Assembly (NCBI GenBank): GCA_963799485.1
Contig: CAWCXJ010000013.1
Coordinates: 32,001 to 96,000, forward strand
Source: an uncultured Trueperaceae bacterium
GTDB lineage: Bacteria; Deinococcota; Deinococci; Deinococcales; Trueperaceae
DNA length: 64,000 nt
Direction of reading: 5' to 3'
Positions within the stretch are counted from its first letter, which is position 1, and each line of letters starts with the position of its first letter. Position numbers and translations under genes: made by a program. The notes beneath the pieces were generated by a model, which made no database searches, was not told the origin of the DNA, and was given only the letters and a program-made list of their open reading frames with translations. Shown here piece by piece: positions 48,558-57,935 of the stretch.

Positions 48558-49324
48558 TACAGCTTGCCTTTTAGATACGTCGCCGAGTTGCGGACGCTCG
48601 CCACCGGGTCTTTGGGGTTGTCGTGTTCGACGACGAACCACGCAGCCCCGGCAGCCTCGGCAGCGGGGAGCAGCGTGTCCCACGAGAGAGTTCCCGAACC
48701 GACGTCGGCCCAGCCGTCCTCGTCCTCGTTTTCGCCGGGCGGCGCAATGTCCTTGACGTGAACACGTTCGACGCGGCCCGAAAAGGTTTGGAGCAGGTCG
48801 AGCGGGTCTCGGTCGCCGCGAACGACCCAGGCAAGGTCGAGTTCCAACCCGAGAGATTCCCCGGCACCCTCTACGAGCCACTCGAGCGCAGGCCGACCCG
48901 CAATCATTTTCATCTCGAAGTCGTGGTTGTGATAGAGGAGCTTCATGCCGCTCTCCTCGAGCTTCTTGGCGTGTTCACCGAGGCGCACGCCCAAATCCTG
49001 CCAGCCTTGGGCGTCTTCCGAACGTGCACCGGGGTCGATCCACGGGACGATAATCGTGTCGTTCCCCACGGCCTTATTGAAAGCAATTACACCGTCCGGG
49101 TCGTTTTCCAAATCGGTGAGGGCGACGTGGCTCGAGGAGACCGTCAGGCCGTGTTTTTCCAGTAGCGCGTTAAGTTCGTCGGCAGTGACCCCCTGTGTTC
49201 CGACCGTTTCGATACCGTCGTAACCCGCGTCGGCAACCTCGCCTAAAATCTCGCCTAACGGCAGCTCGAGGTTGCGCAAACTGTACATCTGCACGGCTAA
49301 CTTGGGTGATTGAACGTTACTCAT
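48557..49324 (-). CDS. Sugar phosphate isomerase/epimerase (IolE/XylA-like TIM barrel)
   Basis: YHNHDFE, ELDLAW, HVKD, VEHD metal ligands. Confidence 0.9.
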   Translation of the reverse strand: MSNVQSPKLAVQMYSLRNLELPLGEILGEVADAGYDGIETVGTQGVTADELNALLEKHGLTVSSSHVALTDLENDPDGVIAFNKAVGNDTIIVPWIDPGARSEDAQGWQDLGVRLGEHAKKLEESGMKLLYHNHDFEMKMIAGRPALEWLVEGAGESLGLELDLAWVVRGDRDPLDLLQTFSGRVERVHVKDIAPPGENEDEDGWADVGSGTLSWDTLLPAAEAAGAAWFVVEHDNPKDPVASVRNSATYLKGKL

Positions 49325-50420
49325 CTAAAATCCCTTCGACAAGCCCGAGTGGGAGCGGCGCGGGGCGCTCGGCGCGGCTTGAAAGCGTCAGCGTCCGTTC
49401 GGCTTCGGCAGCTTCTAAAATACTCTGCATCGCGTCGAGCACATGATACGCCAGCGCGCCGCTCGCCCGGTGGGGCCGCCCGCTCATCATGGCCTGCGCC
49501 ATATCCGCGACGCCCAAGCCGCGGCTGTTTTCGGTATAGCCGTGCGTCAGCGGCAAGGTCGTCCACTCGGACGCATCGGCGCGTTTTATCCGCACCGGCC
49601 CGCCGAAGGTATTGGGGTCGGGCACCGAGAGCGTGCCTTCGGTACCGTAAATCTCGATGCGCGGCAACTCCGACGCCCACACGTCGAACGAGGTCATCAG
49701 CGTCCCGACCGCGCCCGACTCAAAGCTCAAGAGCGCGCTGATATGCGTCGGCGTCGTCACCGGAATCTTCGTGCCGAAGTTGGGCTGACTCGTCACCAGG
49801 CGTTCTGAAAAGGTCGTTTTGGCAGTGCTGGCGACCTTGTGAACCGGGCCTAAAAGATGCACGAGCGCCGTGAGATAGTACGGCCCGAGGTCGAACAGCG
49901 GCCCGGCCCCCGGCATATAAAAAAAAGTCGGGTCGGGATGCCACATCTCCATGCCGCGACTCAGCATAAAGGCAGTTGCGCCGACGGGCTCGCCGATCCA
50001 GCCGTCGTCGATGAGTTTACGGCTTGTTTGCAGGCCCGCACCTAAAAAGGTGTCGGGCGCGCAGCCGACGCGCAAATTCTGCCGTTCAGCAGCGTCCAAC
50101 ACGGGTTTGGCGTCTTCGCGCACGGTGCCGAGCGGTTTTTCGCTGTAGACCGCCTTGCCCGCCGCTAGAATCTGCCGGCTCACCGCGGCGTGAACGTTCG
50201 GAATCGTCAGGTTGACCACGAGTTTGACCTCGGGGTCGGCCAAGAGCGCGTCAACCGTAAGGGCTTTTTCGACGCCGAACTCGGCGGCTCTGGCCTCGGC
50301 ACGGGGCAGCTCGAGGTCGGCTACTGCCGCGACCCTAAACGCCTGAAAGAACTTGGCGGCGTTGAGATACTGACTGCTGACGTTGCCCGCGCCGATAATA
50401 CCGACGGCTATAGGGTTCAT
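49317..50420 (-). CDS. Gfo/Idh/MocA-family oxidoreductase
   Basis: GIIGAGNVS, SEKP, APDTFLG, DLGPYY; AAGGAGG RBS. Confidence 0.93.
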   Translation of the reverse strand: MNPIAVGIIGAGNVSSQYLNAAKFFQAFRVAAVADLELPRAEARAAEFGVEKALTVDALLADPEVKLVVNLTIPNVHAAVSRQILAAGKAVYSEKPLGTVREDAKPVLDAAERQNLRVGCAPDTFLGAGLQTSRKLIDDGWIGEPVGATAFMLSRGMEMWHPDPTFFYMPGAGPLFDLGPYYLTALVHLLGPVHKVASTAKTTFSERLVTSQPNFGTKIPVTTPTHISALLSFESGAVGTLMTSFDVWASELPRIEIYGTEGTLSVPDPNTFGGPVRIKRADASEWTTLPLTHGYTENSRGLGVADMAQAMMSGRPHRASGALAYHVLDAMQSILEAAEAERTLTLSSRAERPAPLPLGLVEGILDE

Positions 50421-50566
50421 AAAATGATAGCGCCTCCTTCAAATAAGCTTTACGGGAGCCTAACAGATTGCCTTGTAGCAAGGCAAGACAGGTGGGGCAA
50501 CGCCTGACCAAGCGTCCCTGCACGCACACTCCGCCGGGCGCTCGCTGATTTAAGTTTTGACCCTCC

Positions 50567-50594
50567 AAAGCGTTTACACTAAAGCGTTTGCATC
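50567..50594 (-). promoter_or_regulatory. Tandem LacI/GalR-like operator sites
   Basis: Minus strand TGCAAACGCTTTAG-TGTAAACGCTTTGG, about 150 nt upstream of the sugar oxidoreductase operon. Confidence 0.55.
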
Positions 50595-50645
50595 CGGGTC
50601 GTAAACACCGCCCGGTCGCCCCGGACAACCTGCCGAACTCGCCCC

Positions 50646-50695
50646 GGCGTATGTACTTCTGGCATATGTGCTTCTGGCGTAATGTACTTCTGGCA
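50646..50695. repeat. Intergenic 15/16-bp tandem repeat x3
   Basis: GGCGTATGTACTTCT GGCATATGTGCTTCT GGCGTAATGTACTTCT GGCA. Confidence 0.85.
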
Positions 50696-50705
50696 AGCGC
50701 CGGAC

Positions 50706-50842
50706 CGAGCTACGTGACCGGTAAAACGCTCGCGGTGACGGGCGGGATGGGGGGTGAGCCTTAAAGCTCAGTTGCCGTCCCGGTAAACCTTTTTTCTGGC
50801 CGCGAGCCCTGGCGCTGCAAATAGCAAAGAGCAGTGAGCTCG
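50706..50842. ncRNA. Candidate structured RNA (nested long hairpin)
   Basis: Nested pairings CGAGCT/AGCTCG, CCGG/CTGG, GCTCGCGGT/GCCGCGAGC, GGGATGG/CCGTCCC, TGAGC/GCTCA. Confidence 0.35.
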
Positions 50843-50907
50843 AGGCTTGTACGCAAAAGCTTGCCTAGACGGACTATCCGTAACCCACTTCCTTTACACT
50901 AAAGCTA

Positions 50908-52371
50908 GTGAAGTACGCCGTAAACCTTGTTTGTACCGCGACGCTTTTATGGACGTTGTGGTCTGGCGCAACTGCCCAAAATCCCGCTCAAAATATCGAC
51001 GAAGACGTCAACGTGTACTTCGGTTTTGCCGGTGAAATCGTTGCCGACGCGTGGAACCCGCTGCGCGTCACGCTCCGCGACAGTGAGCGCGCCGAACTGC
51101 TGCTCGAGCTAGACGTCGGCAGTTTACGGCGTGGCCCCGTCTCGTTTCGCTACAGCGCGGAGCTGGCGGGCGGGCGCGGGCTCTACACCTTTGAAGACGA
51201 CGTGTATCTTCCGGCGTGGCGCAGCTTCAGCTGGCTGGTGCGAACTCCGGACAAGGTTGTGGCGAGCGGCAGCGTGCCGCGCTACCGGGCCGACGCCAGA
51301 CCCCTGCAACTGGTTCAGGGGCCCCAGGCGGGTGCGGGTACCCCATTTTTTGCCGAGGGTGCCAGAATCGTCGAGGTTACGGGGGCCGACCTGCCCGAAC
51401 GCGCCGCAGCCTATAACGGCGTCGAGAGCATCTTGCTCTTGCCGCAAACCGCGCCGCCGACGCCCGCTGCGCTGGTTGCGGCAGCTACCGCCGGCAGCGC
51501 CGTTTTGCTCGGTGGCGAGTTGGGACAAGCTTACGCAGATATTTCGGCGTTGGCTGAGGCCGGGGTGCAACCGCTGGGCGCAGGGACGATAAACCGCCTT
51601 GCTGAAGTTGACCGCACTTCGGTGCAGCGGGCGTTGCAGTACCCTCGGCTCGAGCCCGACGCGCTCCTCGCTACGCTGACAGGTGATGAACTGACGCAGG
51701 CACCCGCGGGACAGAGTGCGACCTGGATTACGCTGCGCGCCGCTGCTTACGCTCTCGCACTGCTCCTTTTACTCCGTTTCGGCGGTGGGCCGGGGGTGCT
51801 GGCGGCGCTGCTCCTCGCCGGCAGCCTGTCGCTCGCGGCGTGGCGTACCCGTCCGGCTGAGCCGCTGCTGCGCCGCGACCGGAGCGTCGTGCTGAGCCGC
51901 GGAGCCCTCGCGCTCCGCACCGACCTGCACTATCTGTTCAGCTTTCCGGGCGGCGCTGCCGACGTGCTTTACGCCGCGCACCCGCTGCCGGTTAGAAGCG
52001 TGGCCGGCTACCGGGCAGGGCCGGAGAACCTCGAGGTCGATCTGCCCACTTACGGCAGCGCGCTCCTTGCCGGCAGACCGCAGCTCGAGCCCGCCGTTCT
52101 AAACTGGGAAGGTGAAGCTGTCGTCAACGAAAGCCAAAACCCTCTGACCGACGTTTTTGTCACCTGGGGCGGTGCAAATACCGGCAGGATCGGGACAGTC
52201 TCGAGAAGTGGACGACAGGGCGACGTGGGGCCGGGCGAAACGCTCACGATAGGCTCCGGCAGTCTGACGGTTCCGGAGCTTTATACGGGCCTCGAGCCGC
52301 TCTTGCCGCCGGGGAGTGTCCTCGCCCGCGACGGCGGTACGGTCTATATTTTGCTGCCTAAAACGCCTTGA
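50908..52371 (+). CDS. Hypothetical exported/membrane protein
   Basis: Signal peptide, WNPLRVTL, LPERAAAYNGV, two internal TM helices; leaderless TACACT-7-GTG. Confidence 0.75.
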   Translation: MKYAVNLVCTATLLWTLWSGATAQNPAQNIDEDVNVYFGFAGEIVADAWNPLRVTLRDSERAELLLELDVGSLRRGPVSFRYSAELAGGRGLYTFEDDVYLPAWRSFSWLVRTPDKVVASGSVPRYRADARPLQLVQGPQAGAGTPFFAEGARIVEVTGADLPERAAAYNGVESILLLPQTAPPTPAALVAAATAGSAVLLGGELGQAYADISALAEAGVQPLGAGTINRLAEVDRTSVQRALQYPRLEPDALLATLTGDELTQAPAGQSATWITLRAAAYALALLLLLRFGGGPGVLAALLLAGSLSLAAWRTRPAEPLLRRDRSVVLSRGALALRTDLHYLFSFPGGAADVLYAAHPLPVRSVAGYRAGPENLEVDLPTYGSALLAGRPQLEPAVLNWEGEAVVNESQNPLTDVFVTWGGANTGRIGTVSRSGRQGDVGPGETLTIGSGSLTVPELYTGLEPLLPPGSVLARDGGTVYILLPKTP

Positions 52372-52403
52372 CCGTTCCGGCAAGCTGTTGACGAGGTTTA
52401 CCG

Positions 52404-52823
52404 CTAAAGCAGCAGCTGAAAGTGATGCGACGAGATAACAAAGCCTTCGCGCAGGTAAAACTTGTGCGCCCGAAAACGCTGCACGCCCGAGTCGAGATGA
52501 AGCTGCGCGCAGCCCGCCTCTCTTGCTAAAGCCTTGAGATAATCCAGCAGCGCCTTGCTGTAATCCTTGGAACGGGCTGCTTCGCTCGTTACCAAGTCGT
52601 AAACGTGCAGGTATTTGCCGTAGGCAAACGCCTCGCTCAGCCAGAACCCGGCAACGGCGACGACCCGGCTTTCGTCTTGGACAAAGGCAAGTTGATAGTC
52701 TTGGGTCTCGAGGCGCTTTAGCTGAGGTAGAAACTCGGCCTCTTCCAGGTGCGTCCGCAACTCTTTTAGCACCGTAAAACAAGCGCGTTTTTCGGCGTCG
52801 GTTTGGGCGAGTTTGATGTTCAT
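52404..52823 (-). CDS. GNAT N-acetyltransferase
   Basis: ELRTHL, DLVT, LHLDSGVQRFRAHKFY; AGGAG RBS before ATG 52823. Confidence 0.88.
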   Translation of the reverse strand: MNIKLAQTDAEKRACFTVLKELRTHLEEAEFLPQLKRLETQDYQLAFVQDESRVVAVAGFWLSEAFAYGKYLHVYDLVTSEAARSKDYSKALLDYLKALAREAGCAQLHLDSGVQRFRAHKFYLREGFVISSHHFQLLL

Positions 52824-52967
52824 ACGGTCTCCTGTAGCAGGTATCATCTGGTCGGCAACGCTCTCAATTTGGGTTTTTTCGACTAGCACGCACATTCTGC
52901 GATGATAGCTGTGTCAATCTTTTGTGAAAATGTCATTTGATAGCGCCTGAACGTGCTAGCTTGACCC

Positions 52968-53654
52968 ATGATATTACTGCCTGAAGAGCCGCATTTTGAA
53001 CCTTGGCAGGTGACGTCGTTGCGGGCGTTTGTCGGGTTGATTCAAGCTGAGCTTCCCGGAGATAGGCCGGGTGTTGTGGCGATTGACGGGCGCAGCGCCA
53101 ACGGTAAATCAACGCTCGCAGCACGTTTGAGCCGAGAAGTTACCGGTTCGGTCGTCGTGCATACGGATGACGTTCCCGCGAGCGCTGCTTGGCCGGGTAG
53201 AGATATCTATTCACCTTCTACAAATGCAGCACCCTCTTTTTTCGATTGGGCAGAGCGGGTACGGGAGACTGTTTTGAAACCTGCACGTGCCGGAAATACC
53301 GTAAAGTACCGTCCTCCATCTTGGACAGATTGGCTACGAGACGAGGGCGCTTTTATAGATGTGCCGCTGGGTTGTAGCCTGCTGATTTTTGAAGGTGTCG
53401 GTGCCGCCCGCCGAGAATTGACAGACTTAATTGACGTAGCGGTGTGGGTGCAATCAGATATTGAGAAGGCCAAAGCGAGAGGCATCATCCGTGATGGCGA
53501 TAATGTGGAAGCCGTTACCCTTTGGGAAAAGTGGATGGCTGAAGAGTTTCCTTTTTTAGCTGGGCAGCGGCCTTGGGAAAGGGCAAACTTCGTCGTTTGC
53601 GGTACGCCCGAACTCGAGCACGACCCCACCACAGAAGTTGTCGTCGCAGCTTGA
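52968..53654 (+). CDS. Uridine-kinase-like P-loop NTPase
   Basis: IDGRSANGKST Walker A, VHTDD, EGVGA, RPWERA. Confidence 0.8.
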   Translation: MILLPEEPHFEPWQVTSLRAFVGLIQAELPGDRPGVVAIDGRSANGKSTLAARLSREVTGSVVVHTDDVPASAAWPGRDIYSPSTNAAPSFFDWAERVRETVLKPARAGNTVKYRPPSWTDWLRDEGAFIDVPLGCSLLIFEGVGAARRELTDLIDVAVWVQSDIEKAKARGIIRDGDNVEAVTLWEKWMAEEFPFLAGQRPWERANFVVCGTPELEHDPTTEVVVAA

Positions 53655-53734
53655 AAGCTGCCTTGTTTTCCAGCGCTGTCACCTCAGTCTGGGTTCTGCG
53701 TCCTGTCTACGCAAACCCTGTCCAAACGTAAGTG

Positions 53735-54190
53735 CTAGAGGCGTTTCGTCATAAACACGCTGTTCGGGTCGTCGGTGTAGTCGGCGAAAGGGCCACACGC
53801 CGTAAAACCGTAGCGCAAATATAGGGCTCTCGCCGGTGCGAACGCAGGCATCGCGCCTGTTTCCAGATATAAACGGGCGTACCCGCGCTTTTCGGCCTCT
53901 TCGAGGATGTGCTCGAGCAACCTCTTTCCGACACCCCGACCCCGGTGCGCCGCCGCGGTACGCATCGATTTGACCTCACCTGTGTTTGCGCCCAGTTCCT
54001 TGAGCGCCCCGCACCCGAGCAGTTCGTCACCTTCCCAAGCCGTCCAGAAGGTGACGTCAGGCGCGCGGAGCGCCTCCAGCCCGAGCGCGTGGATACTTTC
54101 AGGCGGCGTGATTTCGTGCATATGCTCGAGGTGTTCCCGGAGCAACGCAGCAATCTTTTCGCCCTTCAGGTCGTCTTGGCAGATGTGCAT
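53735..54190 (-). CDS. GNAT N-acetyltransferase (YsnE/YedL-like)
   Basis: [40 protein letters not shown]. Confidence 0.9.
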   Translation of the reverse strand: MHICQDDLKGEKIAALLREHLEHMHEITPPESIHALGLEALRAPDVTFWTAWEGDELLGCGALKELGANTGEVKSMRTAAAHRGRGVGKRLLEHILEEAEKRGYARLYLETGAMPAFAPARALYLRYGFTACGPFADYTDDPNSVFMTKRL

Positions 54191-54220
54191 AGGCGCTCCT
54201 AAAGCCGTCGCCGGGCAGCG

Positions 54221-55769
54221 CTAGGAGAGCTGCCGATATGCGCCCAGCGTTAAAAAAGGCGCGAAGGTGTCGTCCAACACGAGTGCGTCGAGCAGCGCAG
54301 CGGCGTCTTTTAACTCTGGTGAAGCCGTCAAGCTTCCCTATTTCTTCATCTCGGAGGTTGCGGTAGTGCGTTTCGGAGAAGGTTTCACCGGACGCCAGTT
54401 TCGCCCCGTGCTTGAGCCACTGCCACAGCTGCGCCCGCGAGATTTCGGCGGTCGCCGCGTCCTCCATGAGGTTGAAAATGGCCACCGCGCCGGTTCCCGA
54501 AAGCCACGCGCTGAGGTACTGCAGCGCCACACTGATGTTGTTGCGTGCGCCCGCTTCGGTAATTTCGCCCCCCGGCACCTCGGCGTTGATGAGCGCGGCG
54601 GCGTCCGGCTGCACGTCGTCTCGCTGCCGGTCTTTCTGGTTGGGGCGTTCGTTTAGCACGGCGTCGAATTCAGCCTGCGCGACGCCGATGAGGTCGGGGT
54701 GCGCGACCCAGGTCCCGTCGCAACCTGCGCGGGCTTCGCGGCGTTTGTCTTCACGAACTTTTTCCAGCGCCTCTTCGGTTACCGCCGGGTCGCGGCGGTT
54801 GGGGATAAACGCCGCCATCCCGCCCACCGCGTGTGCGCTGCGCCGGTGACAGGTCTTAATCAGCAGCTCGGTGTACGCGTGCATAAAGGGAACGCCCATC
54901 GTGATCTGCGCGCGGTCGGGCAACACCTTGTCGGCGCGTTCCCGAAAAGTTTTGATAAACGAGAAGATATAGTCCCAGCGGCCCGCGTTGAGACCGGCGG
55001 CGTGCTCGCGCAGTTCGTACAAGATTTCGTCCATCTCGAAAGCGGCGGGGAGCGTCTCGATCAGGACGGTGGCGCGCACCGTCCCGACAGGAATTTCCAG
55101 ATAGTTCTGGGCGAAAATAAAGACTTCGTTCCAGAACCGGGCCTCGAGGTGAGACTCGAGCTTCGGAATGTAAAAATACGGGCCGCTCCCGCGCCCTAGC
55201 AGTTCGGCGGCGCTGTGAAAAAAGTAAAGCCCGAAGTCGAACAGACTTCCCGATATCGCTTCGTCACCTGCCGTGGCGTGTTTTTCGTTTAAGTGCAGAC
55301 CGCGCGGGCGCACGACCAAGGTCGCTGTTTGGTCGTTTAGCGCGTAGGTTTTGCCTCCGGTCGTAAGCTTTAGGGTCTTTCTCACGGCGTCGTAAAGGCT
55401 GACCTGCGCGCCGACGATGTTCGCCCACGTCGGTGACAGCGAGTCTTCGATATCGGCCATAAAAACTTTTGCGGGCGAATTGAGCGCGTTGATGATCATC
55501 TTCGCTTCGGCGGGGCCGGTAATCTCGACGCGGCGGTCGTCGAGGTCGGCGGGGGCTGGTGCGACTTGCCAATCACCGCTGCGGATATGTTCGGTTTCAG
55601 GCAAAAAGCCCGGCAGCCGACCTTCGTTAAAGGTGCGCTGGCGGTGGGTGCGCTGCGCCAACAGGTTTTGCCGTTTGGCCTCGAACGCCTCGTGAAGCGC
55701 ACTGAGAAAAGTTAGCGCTTCAGCGTTTAGGATATGACCGGCGTCACTGGCTTGAACGCTCAGGGGCAT
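54221..55769 (-). CDS. aceB: Malate synthase A, with a +1 frameshift near the 3' end
   Basis: [47 protein letters not shown]; conserved tail ...[14 protein letters not shown] lies in the +1 frame after about 54330. Confidence 0.92.
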
Positions 55770-55837
55770 CTAAGAACTCCTTTTTGGTGGGTTGGGCGCA
55801 GGCGTGTTTAAGGCGGGGCCGGGTACGGCTCGAGCGT

Positions 55838-55864
55838 AAAAAGGGGAGGGTATAAGCCTCTCCC
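55838..55864 (-). terminator. Probable intrinsic terminator of msrA
   Basis: Minus strand GGGAGAGG-CTTATAC-CCTCCCC-TTTTT. Confidence 0.6.
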
Positions 55865-55891
55865 TACCCCTCGTCTGATTTTACGGTGCCG

Positions 55892-56392
55892 CTAGGCGTC
55901 GACCGTCAGGTAGCTGCCGAAATAGATACGGTGGCAGGTATACCCGCCCGGATTTTTGACGAGGTAGTCCTGATGGTAGCCTTCGGCGGGCCAGAACTGC
56001 GTCAAGGGCTCCAGGGTCGTTACGACTTTGTTGGACCAGCGCCCCGAGTTGTTGACGATCTCGATCATCTCTTCGGCGGTGCGTTTTTCTTCTTCGTCTT
56101 GGTAGAAAATGGCCGAGCGGTAAGACGCGCCTCTATCGTTGCCCTGACGGTTTAGCGTGGTCGGGTCGTGAACCTGAAAGAAAAAGTCGAGCAGCCGCTG
56201 GTAACTAGTCACGTCCGGGTCGTAGGTGATTTTTAGCGCCTCGGCGTGACCGGGGTGACGCCCATAGGTCGGGTTGTCGTTTTCTCCGCCGGTATAACCG
56301 ACCTCGGTATCTAAGACACCGGGTTGTTTGCGGATGAGGTCTTCAAGACCCCAGAAACAGCCACCTGCCAAGATTGCGGTACGTTCTGTCAT
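55892..56392 (-). CDS. msrA: Peptide-methionine (S)-S-oxide reductase
   Basis: [44 protein letters not shown]. Confidence 0.97.
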   Translation of the reverse strand: MTERTAILAGGCFWGLEDLIRKQPGVLDTEVGYTGGENDNPTYGRHPGHAEALKITYDPDVTSYQRLLDFFFQVHDPTTLNRQGNDRGASYRSAIFYQDEEEKRTAEEMIEIVNNSGRWSNKVVTTLEPLTQFWPAEGYHQDYLVKNPGGYTCHRIYFGSYLTVDA

Positions 56393-56582
56393 AGATTTGA
56401 CTCCTTCACGGGTTAAGTTTACCCGTTTACGGGCAAACCGGCGGCGTCTCGGTGACAGGCTTTAACGCCGGCGTAACCGTTTTTGCCTTTATGCCTCAGT
56501 TGTACCCTGGTACGCCGATATTCGGTATTCGGCAACTGAAACTGCCCTGCGCCTAAAAAATCTCAGATGTTACAAAAAAGAC

Positions 56583-56611
56583 TTTACAACCGTGTGCAAG
56601 GTGTGTAAAAT
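56583..56611 (+). promoter_or_regulatory. Sigma70 promoter TTTACA-17-TAAAAT
   Basis: -35 at 56583-56588, -10 at 56606-56611. Confidence 0.7.
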
Positions 56612-56617
56612 GAGCTC

Positions 56618-56647
56618 GTGATATACGTTTTCGCTCGAGCTAGCTGA
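56618..56647 (+). CDS. Candidate leaderless leader peptide MIYVFARAS
   Basis: GTG 6 nt after the -10 box; followed by a hairpin and a terminator. Confidence 0.5.
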   Translation: MIYVFARAS

Positions 56648-56678
56648 CCTGCGGTACGTTTTAACGTATCGCTCTCCC

Positions 56679-56708
56679 GACCGGCCCCCACGTGGTGCGG
56701 TCTTTTTT
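56679..56708 (+). terminator. Attenuator-type terminator in the aminotransferase leader
   Basis: GACCG-GCC...GGT-G-CGGTC followed by TTTTTT, 63 nt before the ATG. Confidence 0.7.
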
Positions 56709-56771
56709 ATTGCTACTTTTTTACCTCTACTTTATCGGCGGGCTGCTCGGCCTAAACAGAAAAGGTGTGAC

Positions 56772-57935
56772 ATGAACGCTCCCCAACCCGTGCTGCTCTT
56801 GACCCCCGGCCCTACCCCCCTGCACCCCCGGGCTAGCGCAGCCCTGTCGTGGCCGATGATCGGTCACATGGACCCGGAGGTTTTCGCCTACAACGACCGG
56901 GTGGCGCGCGACCTCAAGGTGCTTTACGGCGCAAACGACGACGCGTTTACCGCGCTCTTGTCCGGCACGGGTTCCTTGGGGATGGAGGCGGGCTTTGCCA
57001 ACTTGCTCGAGCGGGGCGACCGGGCGCTCGTTTTATCGAACGGCGTGTTCGGCGAGCGGATGGCGGAGATGGCGTTGCGGCTCGGCGCGGAGGTAAGTGT
57101 GCTGCGCGCGCCGCTCGGCAGTCCGGTGGAGGTCGGTGAGGTGCGGCGGGCGGCCCGTGAGCTGCAGCCGAAACTCATCTCGGTCGTTCACGGCGAGACG
57201 AGTACAGGTGTGCTGAACCCGGTGCCTGAAATCGGTCAGGTCGCCCGCGAGGTCGGCGCGCTCTATTCGGTGGACGCGGTGACAACCGTCGGGATGTTGC
57301 CCTTTAACGCCTCGGCGTGGGGGATCGATTACGCCTATACGGGTTCGCAAAAGTGTTTGTCAGCCCCGCCCGGACTCGCCCCGGTGATGTTCAGCCGCCG
57401 CGCGGTGGAGGTTATCGCGGCGCGCAAGACGCCGGTCGGTACCTGGTACGGCGACGCGCTCGGGATGCTCGGCTACTGGGGTGAGGGGCCGGTGCGGAGC
57501 TACCATCACACCGTTCCGGTACAACTGCACTGGGCGACCGGCGAGGCGATTCGGGCAGTTTTAGAAGAGGGTATTCCGGCGCGGGCGGCGCGGGCGCGGG
57601 CGCTCGAGGACGCCGCCCTCTACGCCCTCTCCGCGCTCGGGTTTCGAGCTTTCGTCCCCGAGGCGTACCGTTTACCGACGGTTTTAGCCGTAGAACTTCC
57701 TGAAGGTTTCGACGACGCCGGTGTCCGGGCTGCGCTCCGCGAACGCTACCGCATCAGCGTCACCGGCGGGCTCGGCGCGACGGCGGGTAAAATCTGGCGA
57801 CTCGGTTTGATGGGCGAAAGCGCCCACGCCGCGCACTACGCGCGGCTGATGGACGCGTTATCAGAGATTCTGGGCGCGCCCGAACTCAAACGCCGTTTCG
57901 ACGAGGCGACCCTGGGGGCGGCGGTTGTCCGCTGA
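56772..57935 (+). CDS. Class-V PLP aminotransferase (alanine-glyoxylate/serine-pyruvate family)
   Basis: [46 protein letters not shown]. Confidence 0.93.
   Translation: MNAPQPVLLLTPGPTPLHPRASAALSWPMIGHMDPEVFAYNDRVARDLKVLYGANDDAFTALLSGTGSLGMEAGFANLLERGDRALVLSNGVFGERMAEMALRLGAEVSVLRAPLGSPVEVGEVRRAARELQPKLISVVHGETSTGVLNPVPEIGQVAREVGALYSVDAVTTVGMLPFNASAWGIDYAYTGSQKCLSAPPGLAPVMFSRRAVEVIAARKTPVGTWYGDALGMLGYWGEGPVRSYHHTVPVQLHWATGEAIRAVLEEGIPARAARARALEDAALYALSALGFRAFVPEAYRLPTVLAVELPEGFDDAGVRAALRERYRISVTGGLGATAGKIWRLGLMGESAHAAHYARLMDALSEILGAPELKRRFDEATLGAAVVR

Noticed and set aside
48558..48881. N-terminal extension of the M42 peptidase
   Set aside because: Arg-rich shadow overlapping the isomerase gene; TAATG coupling marks 48557 as the start
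50646..50695. Possible CRISPR array
   Set aside because: 15-bp units are directly adjacent with no unique spacers, and no cas genes are in the window
54099..54330. aceB C-terminal extension or fusion over the GNAT gene
   Set aside because: Product of the frameshift; the conserved tail ends at 54221 in another frame
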